Numbered from the stretch's first letter, positions 39,954 to 51,442 are shown. The stretch: DNA of 64,000 nucleotides from Sulfolobales archaeon HS-7 (GCA_019704295.1 AP024596.1:1312001-1376000), one strand, 5' to 3'. Notes: generated from the letters alone by a model not told the origin. A program made the numbers and translations.

Positions 39954-40250
39954 GTGAATTATTCAGCTCTCACGAACGCGGCATCTACATCTCGCGATTT
40001 CCTGCTTCTCAGAGAAACCTGGATCCCTCTTCACCCATAGCGGAGGTTCTATCGTACGTAAACGTTCTGTGACATCCCGTGTAGAAGAGAGGTTACGGAG
40101 GGTTTTCTCTCCACTGGCTTGAGTTCCTCCCGTCCCGAGGGTGCTAACCCAGCTCTTTTAGCCAAGGTCTAAGAAATTTTTGACGTATGAATACAATAAC
40201 CCTCCTATAAGGGACTTTTCACCCCTTACGGAAGGGAACTTCCGCCCCCA
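39954..40250 (-). mobile_element. Non-autonomous IS200/IS605 mini-element (SMN-like, ~297 bp)
   Basis: Minus strand: TTTAA target, GGGGGCGGAAGTTCCCTTCCGTAAGGG left-end hairpin, tnpB C-terminus-like ELKPVERKP, then GAAGCAGGAAATC...TTCAC right end. Confidence 0.7.
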
Positions 40251-40840
40251 TTAAACAAGGGAGAAATCGAGCATCGAAGAACTTTGAGTGTAATAAACCA
40301 ATTCGTAAACTTTACATACTGTTTAAGGGTAAGCTGGAGGTCAAAGACGCAATCAACATGGAAAGGCGCTCAGGTACGCCGGTCTTACCGCTTTACGTAA
40401 AGAAGCACAAATGCTATGTAGAGAAATACTTAACTAAGTTGAGCTGTAACGTTGACTAATTCTATGACGAAGTCGTATCTTTCTTAGGGAGTAACGGGGG
40501 AATCACTTAGGTCGATGTCAAAGTACCTGGAGGGGTAAATATGCGGGTGGTATTACTCTTTAGCCCTTGTGCAAAGATAAGGTTGTAATAACGAGAAGAA
40601 AGATAAGTGGATCTTGGTTACCTTCCGCCCTGACCCTGACGCGGAGAATTTAAGCATACTCTCTAGTTCAAAGCCCGTTAATTCCCATTTAGTGAAACGT
40701 ATCCTGCGACTCCTTACCAATGTAGCGGAATTTTTCAGCTAGCTCACCCTTTTTAACGAAAGAGTGATCACTTACAAGCTAAGTGTACGATCCTAACGGA
40801 TAGATATATGATTGCGTCTAAAAAGGAAAACCTAAAAATG

Positions 40841-42961
40841 CTATTGAGTTTTAGATTTTTTCAATACCGCTATCATAGCAGGAAAATAGAAATTCCTGAT
40901 GACAAACGTGTCTAATGCTATAGCTATTATGAAAGCTATTCCTAACTGCTCTAAAAATCCTACCGGTATTAACGCTAAGACTCCCAATGACAATGCCAAA
41001 ATTATCCCCAATGCAGTTACAATCTTTCCAGTTCTGGAAAATGCCTTAGGAATGACTTCCGTGCGACTTTTAGAAGATTCCTCCTCCACGGTGGAGATTA
41101 TGAACGTGCTATAGTCACTTCCTAATGACATTAACAATACGAATAGTATTATGGGAATTAGGTATATTAACTGTTGATGGAGGACTGTTGACGAAACGAA
41201 ATAAAGCAGTACGGCGGACCAGCTGATACTTATTATAACCCCGGATACTGAAATCAATGCGTATTTTATAGACTTAAATGATACTCCTATCACTAAGCCT
41301 GCTACAATGGTTAGTAGAATTTCTAGAAGGGGATAGTAAATGTTATTGATTCTCTGCTGGTCTATAATACTAGATGTAAGACCTCCCACAATTATTCTAC
41401 TGTTCTCCCTTAAATGTGAAACTAGGTCTATGGCATTGGTGGAGTAAGGAGAGTAATTTGAATAAAGTGTATAGTAGTAATAGTTACTAATTTTAAATTC
41501 GGAAATGTTGTTGTCAACTACAGAGTCTCCCTGTAAGAATGGGCCAGTTCCACCGGTAATTCCCTTAACCGTAAGTAGGTAGTTAGATATGTTCCTTAGC
41601 TGGTTACTGTCATTTGTAATTACAAATATAGGGAAAATGAAATTAGAACCGAATTTATCCTCAAGGTAATTCAATCCCTGAATACTCGGTAAACTGTTGG
41701 ATAGACCGGCTTGAATGTTGTAAGTTGTAGGTAAGTTTACGAAAAATAAAATTGAGGGGATGGCGAGGATCAAGATCACTCCTATAACTAGGAACTTATG
41801 GTTAACTGAGTATTTAGACGTCTTATAGAAAAACGATCTCTCGATCGAGCCATTTTCCTTAGCTTTTACGTTACCTAGAATCTTTTTCCCTGACCAAGAG
41901 ATTAACGAAGGAACGAAAGTAATCATAAGCGTTACAGTGAGTAAGACTGAGATGACTAGCACTATCCCCCAGGATAAGAAACCTGGAATTAACGAGAACG
42001 TCAATAGACTAAACCCCACTGTTAACCCGCTTATCAATACCGTTTTCCCCGCCCTGCTGGCAGTTTCAGAAGCGGCCTCATTATTAGACCTACCTGCTAG
42101 AAGCTCATTTTTATATCTACTTAATATAAATACTAAATAATCCGTGGTAATCCCTATTAATACTGCGGTAAGGGTGTAGTTCACTACGTAATCCACAGCG
42201 CCAATTAGCAGTCCTGTTATTACTATCCCTAAGTAACCCAGTAGTGTGGTTATTGATACTAAGAGGATAGCCAATAACGAAGCCCTATAGCTATATAACG
42301 TAATTCCCACGGCTATTGCCAACACTACGAAGATCAGGCCAAAGGCGAATCCGCTACGCGACGTCAGGCGTTGAGTATCATATAATATCGCCCCGTCCCC
42401 AGTAATGTAGAAAGAGCTAAAGTGGTTAGAGGCTATCCCCTTAATCTCTTGGTAATCTTGTTGAGAGGGTGTTTCCCCATTAGATAAGTAATAATTACTA
42501 GATACATTAAATACAATAAATATAAGAAAAGTAGAATTATCCTTACTTACATAGCTATCCCTAATGAAAGGCGGAACGTCCTTTAGGCCGTTCTTTTCGA
42601 CGTATTGAGTTGCAATAGTTGCGTTGTGGGTAATTTCTGTCAAGAACTCTATGTAATCCGAAAAAGGCGATTCCACCTTTGATACGTAAGGCAGTTTTCC
42701 TATTTCTTGCTGGAATTTAAGTACGTTACTAGGTGATGTGTTATAGGGGTCCTGTTTAACTATTAAAATTAAAGTATCGTTATTTATAGGCGATAATATT
42801 TCATTAGCTATGTAGCTTTCGCTGTTTTTGAGCGCGGGATTCTGTTGATTATAGGTTATGAATTTACCGTAATTTAAGGCCGGGACTATGATTAAGAAAA
42901 GGACTATAACCCAGACTATTACTACTAATCTTTTCCTTTTGATTATGTTATTCCAACTCAT
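40841..42961 (-). CDS. MMPL/RND-family transporter
   Basis: Two repeats with GITTDYLVF.LSRY and LGSDYSTF; about 12 TM. Confidence 0.9.
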   Translation of the reverse strand: MSWNNIIKRKRLVVIVWVIVLFLIIVPALNYGKFITYNQQNPALKNSESYIANEILSPINNDTLILIVKQDPYNTSPSNVLKFQQEIGKLPYVSKVESPFSDYIEFLTEITHNATIATQYVEKNGLKDVPPFIRDSYVSKDNSTFLIFIVFNVSSNYYLSNGETPSQQDYQEIKGIASNHFSSFYITGDGAILYDTQRLTSRSGFAFGLIFVVLAIAVGITLYSYRASLLAILLVSITTLLGYLGIVITGLLIGAVDYVVNYTLTAVLIGITTDYLVFILSRYKNELLAGRSNNEAASETASRAGKTVLISGLTVGFSLLTFSLIPGFLSWGIVLVISVLLTVTLMITFVPSLISWSGKKILGNVKAKENGSIERSFFYKTSKYSVNHKFLVIGVILILAIPSILFFVNLPTTYNIQAGLSNSLPSIQGLNYLEDKFGSNFIFPIFVITNDSNQLRNISNYLLTVKGITGGTGPFLQGDSVVDNNISEFKISNYYYYTLYSNYSPYSTNAIDLVSHLRENSRIIVGGLTSSIIDQQRINNIYYPLLEILLTIVAGLVIGVSFKSIKYALISVSGVIISISWSAVLLYFVSSTVLHQQLIYLIPIILFVLLMSLGSDYSTFIISTVEEESSKSRTEVIPKAFSRTGKIVTALGIILALSLGVLALIPVGFLEQLGIAFIIAIALDTFVIRNFYFPAMIAVLKKSKTQ

Positions 42962-43001
42962 AATGAGAATAGCAATAGTTAGTAAGAAAAGGGCTTACTA
43001 C

Positions 43002-43793
43002 TCAGTACTTAGAAAAAGCATTTATACCCCTAACAGAGTAATCGTACACCAGCATAACTTGAGCTAAGGGGTCTATTCTTCTAACTAGGTCAACAGTTTT
43101 TTTAGATTCTTTAATTCCACCGGTAAAGCATATTTCAGCGCCCTCACCTCCTCTATTATCTATGGTGATCACCGAACAGTCAAGAGTGAAACTCCTGATT
43201 TCCTCTAATTTCTTAGTAAATATTCCTAAAAGTATCACATCTGCCTTTATAAGGTCAACCTCTGGAATGATTCTAGCTATCTCCTTCAATTTCAGTAACA
43301 TACGTCTTATCTTTTCCGCCTTGTAATTTAGTCTTAATCCGATTTCTCCAACGTTAGCCCTAGGGTTCTCCGAAAGTATGGACAAAACTCTGGCCATATT
43401 CTTATTTGCGGAAATAAGGTCCTGTTCAGGAAAATACTTCATTATGGGAGACCCTGACACCATCGAAAAGTCCCTGATCAATGAGTCTACTGCGAACGGA
43501 CTTTCAGCCTCTATTCCATAGACATTGAAGTTTTCTAGGCACCTAAATTTCACGAATATTCGATCATCCTCTATATCTCTTAAATTTGGGAAAGCAACGT
43601 AGGCGAAATACTTTCCGTATACGTTGGGGTTCACGAAAAGTTTGAAACTCCTTATTATCCCCTCTTCAAGTAATCTCCTGAATCTAGCGTTAATACTAGG
43701 GGAGGAGACGTTCAATAATTTAGCTAACTTATTCTGAGAGGTTCTACCATCCTTAAGCAAATAGAAGATAATTCTCCTGTCGATATCATCCAT
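43002..43793 (-). CDS. Lrp/AsnC-type HTH regulator (double HTH)
   Basis: MDDIDRRII..L.KDGR.S...LAK.L..S; second HTH at ENPRA. Confidence 0.85.
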   Translation of the reverse strand: MDDIDRRIIFYLLKDGRTSQNKLAKLLNVSSPSINARFRRLLEEGIIRSFKLFVNPNVYGKYFAYVAFPNLRDIEDDRIFVKFRCLENFNVYGIEAESPFAVDSLIRDFSMVSGSPIMKYFPEQDLISANKNMARVLSILSENPRANVGEIGLRLNYKAEKIRRMLLKLKEIARIIPEVDLIKADVILLGIFTKKLEEIRSFTLDCSVITIDNRGGEGAEICFTGGIKESKKTVDLVRRIDPLAQVMLVYDYSVRGINAFSKY

Positions 43794-44050
43794 AGGTGTT
43801 AAAAGGTAATTAGCGATAAATCTTTTTTCATGATCTTTTAAACGTGTAAGACCGATTTACGTGAGCCCTAAGCTGAATGGATTCGCTAATCACCGTAAGC
43901 GTATGTACGGTGTAATCCTCGAAGTATTTCTCACATGTAACTAAGGTTAGGTGTTACGACGTAGACAAAGACGTCTTCATTTTTAGTTCAAACCTTAGTT
44001 AACAAGGTAATGTAAATAGCAGAAGGGATTGAAAATGCCTTGAAGTCGCT

Positions 44051-45568
44051 TTACCTTTTTCTGACCAATAGCACCAGTGCTACAATAACTACTAAGATTA
44101 CTATTGGTATGGCGATATAAGTAATGGGGATTTTGGTAGATATTGCAGTCGTAGTGGTTGCTGTCAGACCGGTCCTGCTTGTCTGAGCCTGACTAGTTGT
44201 GCTTGTCTGAGCCTGACTAGTTGTGCTTGTCTGAGAACCTGTTGTCATTACCTGTGTAAAGATTATTTGTTGAGTAACTTGCGAGTCGTGGACTGTTATT
44301 GTACCCGATTGCTGGGATATGGTGTAGCCTTGCACAGGACTAACAGTATAGGTATAGGCACCGTTAGGTAAGTAGAAGGTTATGGTGTTAGTTGTAGATG
44401 TCTTAGTAACTCCGTTTAAGGTAACAGACCAAGGTGTATTAGGAGGTAATCCGGACTCCACGAGGGTAACCTCATACCCGGTTACGTTTGCAGTAGCGAT
44501 AATGCCTATGCTGCCGGAAGCCTTATTTGCTACGTATAAGCGAGCGTTACCAGGGTCATAGGTAATACCATGAGGCTCTTTCCCTACCTGGATATTGGTT
44601 AAAACGGTATTATTAGCGGGATTAATAACAGATACGAGGCCAGAGTCGTTAGGAAAATAACCTGTCACATACAAGTAACCGTTACCGGGATCGTATACAA
44701 GACACCTTGAATTGTCTGGTACGTTTACATGGGTTATAATAGTGTTTGAGTGGGGGTCAATAGTACTCACACTACAAATACCTGTCACATATATGTAACC
44801 GTTGCTGGGATCGTATGTAATACCCTCTGGAAATCCTTGTGTTGTCGGAATTCCAAATGATATATTGGTTATTGCCTTATCTGTAGATGGATTAACAACT
44901 GACACATAGGCATAACCGGTAGCAGAAGAACCTGTCACATATATGTAACCGTTACCGGGATCGTAGACGATATCGTTAGGTAAAAACCCCACTGATATAT
45001 TGCCTACGACTTGATCAGCAGATGGGTTAATAACAGACACAAAAACAGAACCGCTATCTGTTACGTACAAGTAGCCGTTACTGGAATCATAAGCGATTCC
45101 CTTGGGATAATTTCCGACTGTTATGTTGGCTATCACGACATTATCGGCAGGGTCAATAACAGACACGTTATTGGAGAGTGCGTCTACTACGTACAAGTAA
45201 CCGTTACTGGGGTCGTATGTAATACCCTCAGGTTGATTTCCGACCGTTATGTTGGTTAGGATGGTGTTGTTAGCGGGGTCGATGACGGTGACAATATTAT
45301 TAGCGTAAGATTCCGTCACGTACAAGTAACCGTTACTAGGGTCGTAAGCTATGTCGTAAGGAAAAGCAAAAGGGCTTCCATTGTTGAAGTTCCCGTTCAT
45401 AACTTCGCCGCTGTATAACAGCAGTGTACATTTTACGTAACCCTCACTTGTAACATTATTTGCCTGAGAATGCGCTACTATTGACGTATTTAAGCCAGAG
45501 GCAGTGAAAAAAGTTAGTAATAGTAACGCCTCCACTATTAATAGTCTTAGACTTTTATTTATTAACAT
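44051..45568 (-). CDS. YncE/YVTN seven-blade beta-propeller surface protein with Ig-like domain, T/Q linker and TM anchor (likely start MLINKS at 45568)
   Basis: Seven P.GI.YDPSNGYLYV repeats, ESGLP.NT.WSVTLNG domain, tail LLVRKR. TATA at about 45590 supports the downstream start. Confidence 0.88.
   Translation of the reverse strand: MLINKSLRLLIVEALLLLTFFTASGLNTSIVAHSQANNVTSEGYVKCTLLLYSGEVMNGNFNNGSPFAFPYDIAYDPSNGYLYVTESYANNIVTVIDPANNTILTNITVGNQPEGITYDPSNGYLYVVDALSNNVSVIDPADNVVIANITVGNYPKGIAYDSSNGYLYVTDSGSVFVSVINPSADQVVGNISVGFLPNDIVYDPGNGYIYVTGSSATGYAYVSVVNPSTDKAITNISFGIPTTQGFPEGITYDPSNGYIYVTGICSVSTIDPHSNTIITHVNVPDNSRCLVYDPGNGYLYVTGYFPNDSGLVSVINPANNTVLTNIQVGKEPHGITYDPGNARLYVANKASGSIGIIATANVTGYEVTLVESGLPPNTPWSVTLNGVTKTSTTNTITFYLPNGAYTYTVSPVQGYTISQQSGTITVHDSQVTQQIIFTQVMTTGSQTSTTSQAQTSTTSQAQTSRTGLTATTTTAISTKIPITYIAIPIVILVVIVALVLLVRKR
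44176..44235. repeat. 24-bp in-frame tandem repeat (2.5 copies; QTSTTSQA) in the linker
   Basis: TGCTTGTCTGAGCCTGACTAGTTG twice plus a partial copy. Confidence 0.9.
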
Positions 45569-45944
45569 TATATATTTCTGAACTTTCAGGTATATAAAGT
45601 TGCTTTGAGTTGTAGATAAAGAGGATGCCACAAGCGCTGGATTCCTATACGTACTTACCTGAACAAGGGGAGTAGGCACTTCCGTAGGAATATACTTATG
45701 CGAAGAGATACTTCCCTCACACTTAACGTGTACGCTTAGATAGGCGCTGAGAGGCAAGTCTTAGTCCCCGTTTACTCTTCAAAAAGTACTTTAACCTAAT
45801 ACGTACTAACCAAGTATAGCTTTTCCCTTTACAATGAAATCATTAAAATTAATTTCAAAAATATTCTACTCAAGTTTTAAAATTTTACAATTCTCCATGA
45901 AGTCGCGGTATGGAGAGAGTATTACATTATAGGAGATGAAGCCT

Positions 45945-46258
45945 AATTAGGGGAGTGATGCCTCCTCGTCGTCTACGTTCCTTCCCTTAATGCTCTCTAA
46001 AGTACGATGAGTAAAGGAGAAGCCTTTCCACATACTTCCTCATCTATTCTTTCTGACCAATTCATCATTTTCGCGACTAAGCCGGTAATGTCCTAGATTT
46101 TTAAACCCTCCTTTCCACCTCGTAATTCGATATTAGCGTCTCAATCACGTCGTTTAAGCTTACTTGCCTCTCTCTGGCTTAATTTCCTCCGCAAAATTGA
46201 TTAACTTCCTCTTTACCCTTATAATCGTGTAAAGTACAGGTGCGCTTTGGATACTCCA
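45945..46258 (-). pseudogene. Possible decayed VapB/RHH-type antitoxin
   Basis: Broken frames read YTIIRVKRKLINFAEE...SLNDVIETLISNYE. Confidence 0.3.
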
Positions 46259-46556
46259 TTGAAAAAGCCTACGACTATAAAACCAGCGTGGACAATAATT
46301 TAGTTAGTCCGGTTTAAATTATATACTGTCCTTACTCTTTTTTAAGAAGAGCTTACGTATTTCTCTCTAGGGCAAGCGAGGGAGTAGTACTTGAGATAAG
46401 ATCATGGGAACTAAGCACAAAGTTCCGGGCTCTTACGCAAATAATATTTGACCCTAATCGGAGATTAACCTTGGGTTCCTCTTTCGGATACTGTAGCCCA
46501 TACCTTAGCTGAGCAATCGCTAGGGCTATTTATTAAGGAGGAGAGAATTTCCTTTT

Positions 46557-48287
46557 TCACTCCTTCACACATTCCTCTATAAAGGAAATTACGTAAGAGT
46601 ACTCAGTAGCCTCGGACTTCGGATCAGCAATTGCGTGTCCTGACTCATCAACGTATAGCATAACGTCGTTTCCCAATTTCTTCGATTTCGCAACGTACTT
46701 TAACGCGTGAGCTGGATGTACCCTATCGTCGTTTACGCCGGTATAGACGAACGTTTTCGGCAGACCTCTCCTTAAGTTGTGGTAAGGACTGTAGGACAGG
46801 AGATACTCCCTGAATTCGGGATTGCCAGGATCTCCGTATTCCTCAATCCAATACTTACCGACATATAGCTTATCATACCTTAACATATCAAGTACGGGAT
46901 GTCCAATAACAGCGCAATCAATTAAATCGGGGTATTCATTCTCCGTAGCGCCTACCAGTAAACCCCCATTACTAGCCCCCATCGCGATTACCCTTCCTCC
47001 CATAGCTTTGACTAACTTAAGGAATTCCGAGAAGTCCTTGAACACATTCCTTTTGTTAAGCAGCATCCCAGCTTTGTGCCACTCCTCTCCGTTCTCATAC
47101 CCACCTCTCAAATTAGCGACTATTAAGGAAAAGCCCTTGTCAAGGAGAATCCTTGTGTACATGGGAAGAGAGGGAAGAAGGGAGATTCCAAAGCCTCCAT
47201 AGCCGTAAACCAAAACTCCCTTGGGGTTGTCAACTTTGGACAAGAGGAAACCGTGAAGCATAACGTCTCCGCTTTTAACGTAAATGTCTTTGACCGTTAC
47301 CTCGTAACTCCCGTATTCCATTACTACCTCGTTCTTTTCCCGCTTCTTGGTAACTCGGAATTTGTAGTTAAAAGAACTCTCAACGAGGAACAAAGACGAA
47401 CCTTCACTATCCATGATGGTTACGTTATCGTGCATTTCCTCTCCCTCTTTGGACCCCTTGAGATCGTAGAAAAGCAAGGGAGTCCTGTAATCCCTTATCA
47501 CCTCTACAGCTAATGAATCTCCGACAAGGGAAGCATCCACAACAGGATACTCAATCTTAATCTTTCTCTCCCCTAGGTGAATTTCGTCATTTCTTTGGTA
47601 GATTAATTCGTCTTTGAAGTCTATCACGTTAACCACTTCGCCTTCATCCACCTTCCTTAATTGATCAAAGCTTTCCCCTACGTAAAGTTCCCCGTATCGC
47701 CAACCCTTCCTCCTCACGAGGGTTATGCGATCTTTGAAGGGTTTAATCGAGATGAATTCCCCGGGTTTAAGATCCCTTCCGTAAACAACGCTTTCACCAC
47801 AGAAGACCCTATCGGTTGGAAATTCGCCTCCGTCGGGAGGAGGTGAGTAACTAAAGCTCTTGACGTAGCAGAGCTCTCCTTTAAAATAGAATGGCGACTC
47901 TATTAACTCTCCTAACTCCCTCGTTTTCCCCTCAAGTAACAATAGAGTGGTAACCTTATCACTTCCCTTTTTCCCTATACTGACCCCTATTTCCTTGGAA
48001 TTGTAGACTTTCCATATTTCAGAGGCAACGTAACCTTCGGGAGGAGTGTAGACCTCTCTATTTCCTAGAAGAACGCTGTTCCTTTCCCCGTAAAGGAGTA
48101 TTACCGGATTGCTCTCATCGTACGCGAACATTGAGAGAACGTGAGGTTCCCTGTAAATGCTCAACAATGCGGGGTAAAGTTGCTTAGCCTTTTCCCCCAG
48201 CCTCTCCTCCACAATTCGATTTTCGTTTTCTATAAAGGATTTAGTTTTCTCATAGGACAAGTCCTCTAGATACTCGAATTCATCCAT
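46557..48287 (-). CDS. Prolyl oligopeptidase (S9A)
   Basis: YGYGGF, NLRGG.E.GEEWH, GASNGG, DDRVHP.H, SGH triad. Confidence 0.93.
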   Translation of the reverse strand: MDEFEYLEDLSYEKTKSFIENENRIVEERLGEKAKQLYPALLSIYREPHVLSMFAYDESNPVILLYGERNSVLLGNREVYTPPEGYVASEIWKVYNSKEIGVSIGKKGSDKVTTLLLLEGKTRELGELIESPFYFKGELCYVKSFSYSPPPDGGEFPTDRVFCGESVVYGRDLKPGEFISIKPFKDRITLVRRKGWRYGELYVGESFDQLRKVDEGEVVNVIDFKDELIYQRNDEIHLGERKIKIEYPVVDASLVGDSLAVEVIRDYRTPLLFYDLKGSKEGEEMHDNVTIMDSEGSSLFLVESSFNYKFRVTKKREKNEVVMEYGSYEVTVKDIYVKSGDVMLHGFLLSKVDNPKGVLVYGYGGFGISLLPSLPMYTRILLDKGFSLIVANLRGGYENGEEWHKAGMLLNKRNVFKDFSEFLKLVKAMGGRVIAMGASNGGLLVGATENEYPDLIDCAVIGHPVLDMLRYDKLYVGKYWIEEYGDPGNPEFREYLLSYSPYHNLRRGLPKTFVYTGVNDDRVHPAHALKYVAKSKKLGNDVMLYVDESGHAIADPKSEATEYSYVISFIEECVKE

Positions 48288-48643
48288 ATTACGATAGTAG
48301 AGTGAAAACGTAAAAAGTTTAGATGCTGTGGTTAACGATAAATCTCTAATTCCTCCTCTAGTGAGGTTTTACGTGCGGGAAGTTGAGGTCTTTAATTTGA
48401 ACGAGTACTCTGACAACAGCTAATGCTGTGTACTTAGTTTTAGAAAGCGATTGTACTATTGAACAGTCAGGGAACCCTGCGTACACTCCCTTTTGAGGAC
48501 TTATACTTTGTTAGGTTTAGAAATTGAGATTATCAGTTAGTATGTAACAAATGCAAAGTATGATTTCCATTATTCCACGGAGTTAGGCTTGTTATGCACT
48601 GTCCAATGAGGGATTTTCTCTTAACTCTCAAGGTCTGATTAAA

Positions 48644-49642
48644 CTACTCCGCGTTCTCTATCAAGATTCTACCGTCTCTGTTATCAGCCCACAACTGCTT
48701 TAACGCCTTAGCTCCGTCCTTAAGCTTGAACTTCCTCCACGTCTTAACCTTACAATCCTTACACAGGTTTATTAACTCGACGAAGTCCTTCCTATTCCCC
48801 CTATTTACCCCCAATATAGCGATATGTCTCGAGTACAGCTGAGACAGGTTCAGTTTCACTTCAGCACCCGTAAGCGTCCCGAAGGTAATGAGCCTCCCCC
48901 TAACCCCGAGAACTTGAAGTCCTTTCTCCCAGAACTTTTCCCCCAGGGAGTTAACCACTACGTCGGCCATTTTTCCGTCTGTGAAATCCCTCACCTTATC
49001 TTCTACGCCGTCGTAATCTACAACTACGTCAGCTCCGTAGCCTGTGAGCCACTCCTTTTTACTTACCGCAATTACGTTTGCGCCGAACTTCTTTCCTAAC
49101 TGAACGAGGAACATTCCCGTATTCCCAGATGCGCCGAACACCACTAGGGTTTCCCCAGCCCTCAAACCGCTGACTTTTAAGGAGTGATATGCGGTTAATC
49201 CCGCAACTGTCAAACTCGAGGAGAGTTCCCAGGAGTAACCTTCAGGCACTTTGTAAACGTACTTCTGATCCAAGGAGACGTACTCGCCCCATCCTCCATT
49301 TGCGTCAATTCCTATCCTTCCACCGTTTCTGCAAACGGTCTCGTAACCCTCCATACACATGTCGCAGGTTCCGTCAAATACTCTCCCGTAAATTGTAACC
49401 TTATCCCCTACATTAACCCCTTTTACCTTATCACCTACCTTAACTACCTCCCCCGCGAATTCCACTCCCGGGATATGAGGTATGGGATTTACCTTATGTG
49501 AAGTAACGGTGTAGAGATCAACGGGATTTACTCCCGCCGTTTTCACCCTGATCATAACGTCATTTTCCCCTGGACTGGGGTCGGGATATTCGGAGTACTT
49601 AAGATTCTCCAATCCGCTTTTCTCGAATACTAAGGCTTTCAT
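48644..49642 (-). CDS. MDR-family (zinc-type) alcohol dehydrogenase/oxidoreductase
   Basis: GVNPVD, PHIPGVE, DGTCDMC...C structural Zn site, GASGNTG. Confidence 0.9.
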   Translation of the reverse strand: MKALVFEKSGLENLKYSEYPDPSPGENDVMIRVKTAGVNPVDLYTVTSHKVNPIPHIPGVEFAGEVVKVGDKVKGVNVGDKVTIYGRVFDGTCDMCMEGYETVCRNGGRIGIDANGGWGEYVSLDQKYVYKVPEGYSWELSSSLTVAGLTAYHSLKVSGLRAGETLVVFGASGNTGMFLVQLGKKFGANVIAVSKKEWLTGYGADVVVDYDGVEDKVRDFTDGKMADVVVNSLGEKFWEKGLQVLGVRGRLITFGTLTGAEVKLNLSQLYSRHIAILGVNRGNRKDFVELINLCKDCKVKTWRKFKLKDGAKALKQLWADNRDGRILIENAE

Positions 49643-49782
49643 GAAGGATACTGTTGTTTCCGATTTAGAAATTTTCCCAGTGAAAACCTCTAGGTACCTC
49701 CTAAAGTCCTGGTCGTGGAGGTCGTAGATTTTGGACGTTTTCGACTAACAAGGTTCCATTCGGATAACCTCTCAACCTTAAA

Positions 49783-50823
49783 TTAAGGCAAATTTCTGAG
49801 GAATCTCTCATACTCGTCTGCTGTCTTCTCCCAGTTATATTTGTTTGACTCCTCCACAGAGCTCTTGCTAAAGGTCTTATTTCCGTCCTCTAGTACGTAC
49901 TCTACAGCTTTCGCTGCCTCATCGAAGTCCTTGTACTTCACCGTGAAACCGTTCTTTCCGTCCTTTATTATCTCGGGCATGCTCCCCGTATTGTACGCTA
50001 CCGCCGGAGTACCACAGGCATTAGCCTCAACTACTGTCATACCCCAACCCTCCACAAATGAGGTTGAAAGGAGAACCCACGCCCTCTGGTAGAGTTTGAC
50101 CTTAACCTCCTCACTTACTCTTCCCAGGAATTGTATTCCTTTCTCGTCGCACGCCCTTTTGACCTCTTCTGAAAGTTCTCCTCCTCCCGCAATTATCATA
50201 TCGGCTTTGGTCCTTAGTCTCTTAAAGATCTCGACAGCGTCTAAAGGGTTCTTATACCTCTTCATCCTTCCGATCCACAAGATTAACGGTTTCTCCGATT
50301 TCTCTCCCGGTTTGTACTTCTCGTGATCCACTCCGTTATGGATTACGGAAATCCTGCTTTCCTCTACACTGAACCTCCTCATCAATTCCCTTTTCGTCGT
50401 GTTGGACACCGCGATCAGGTACTTGTAGTTCCTCACCATCCTTTCCGCCGTCTTTACCGCATACGAAAGTGGGAAACTGAGTTCGTAATTGAGGACGTCC
50501 TGATGAACGTGGTGTATGAGGGCCACGCTCCTCCTGTTGGTGAGATAAGACATGAAGGGTACTGCGTGAGCCACGCTATCTATTACAACGTCATGCTTTC
50601 TCGCCTCAAAGGGAGATTTGAGGTGTAAAGTTAACTTTCCTCCTCTTCTTATTATCGTCACTCCCTTAATTACCTCCACCGAAGGTCTTCCCTTAACTTT
50701 CTCGGAGAGCCAGGTTACCTTATGCCTCTGGGATAGCCTAATCGCTATTTGATAGAGTACTTCCTCCGCACCGCCAGCCTGTGGGTGGTAGGGATCCCTG
50801 TGATTGACCAATAGCAAATCCAT
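49783..50823 (-). CDS. Glycosyltransferase family 4 (likely start MDLLLV)
   Basis: HPQAGGAE, IHNGVD, GRMKRYK, EGWGMTVVEANACGTP. Confidence 0.92.
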   Translation of the reverse strand: MDLLLVNHRDPYHPQAGGAEEVLYQIAIRLSQRHKVTWLSEKVKGRPSVEVIKGVTIIRRGGKLTLHLKSPFEARKHDVVIDSVAHAVPFMSYLTNRRSVALIHHVHQDVLNYELSFPLSYAVKTAERMVRNYKYLIAVSNTTKRELMRRFSVEESRISVIHNGVDHEKYKPGEKSEKPLILWIGRMKRYKNPLDAVEIFKRLRTKADMIIAGGGELSEEVKRACDEKGIQFLGRVSEEVKVKLYQRAWVLLSTSFVEGWGMTVVEANACGTPAVAYNTGSMPEIIKDGKNGFTVKYKDFDEAAKAVEYVLEDGNKTFSKSSVEESNKYNWEKTADEYERFLRNLP

Positions 50824-51442
50824 GAAGTAACTCACTGATCATATCCATGTACCACGTTTAAAGCCTAGTCGTCTTGAAATAGGAAAAATTCTCTGAGTGA
50901 TCTCTATGACAACAAACTGTCCCGGGGAAGAACAGTAATGAACTTTTCAGTGCAACGTAAATGCTCAAAAGTAAAGGGACGCCTCATATGCTTGTTGAAT
51001 TTATCTCGTTCACAATAGAGTTTTTAAGTTGTACAATTCTAACTCCCCTCTAACTACCCTCTTTTGCTATTCTCATTAGTCTTGCATCAAAAAATTTTGT
51101 GTCACTAAAACATTGTTATGTAAGTATTCTACAAAAAATACTGGATCAGCTTAAAAAGCGTGATAATATGACAAGTTAACCGGAGATCTGATGTGTTTCA
51201 CATGTAAACGCTGAGAATCACGCTGAGTTTTGAATTTTTCTAATAAGAGGATGCTCAATACGTAATTAACAGAATAACTGGATAAAGTGAAGAACGATTT
51301 CCTATTTATATTTAGTTCCTATGTTAGCTTAATTACATAAGCATTTACGTATAAAAATTCTTTACAATCTTTAATTTTCTTCCTTTTTAATGTGAAAAAA
51401 CTTTTACATACTAGGAATAGTATAGGTATTACAAAAAAATTC

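Noticed and set aside
45569-45757. N-terminal extension of the 568-aa ORF call
   Set aside because: The signal peptide and TATA box indicate the start at 45568; the extension is likely non-coding.
48596-48610. CACTGTCCAATG solo match to the family-B TIR
   Set aside because: No continuing similarity or partner end.
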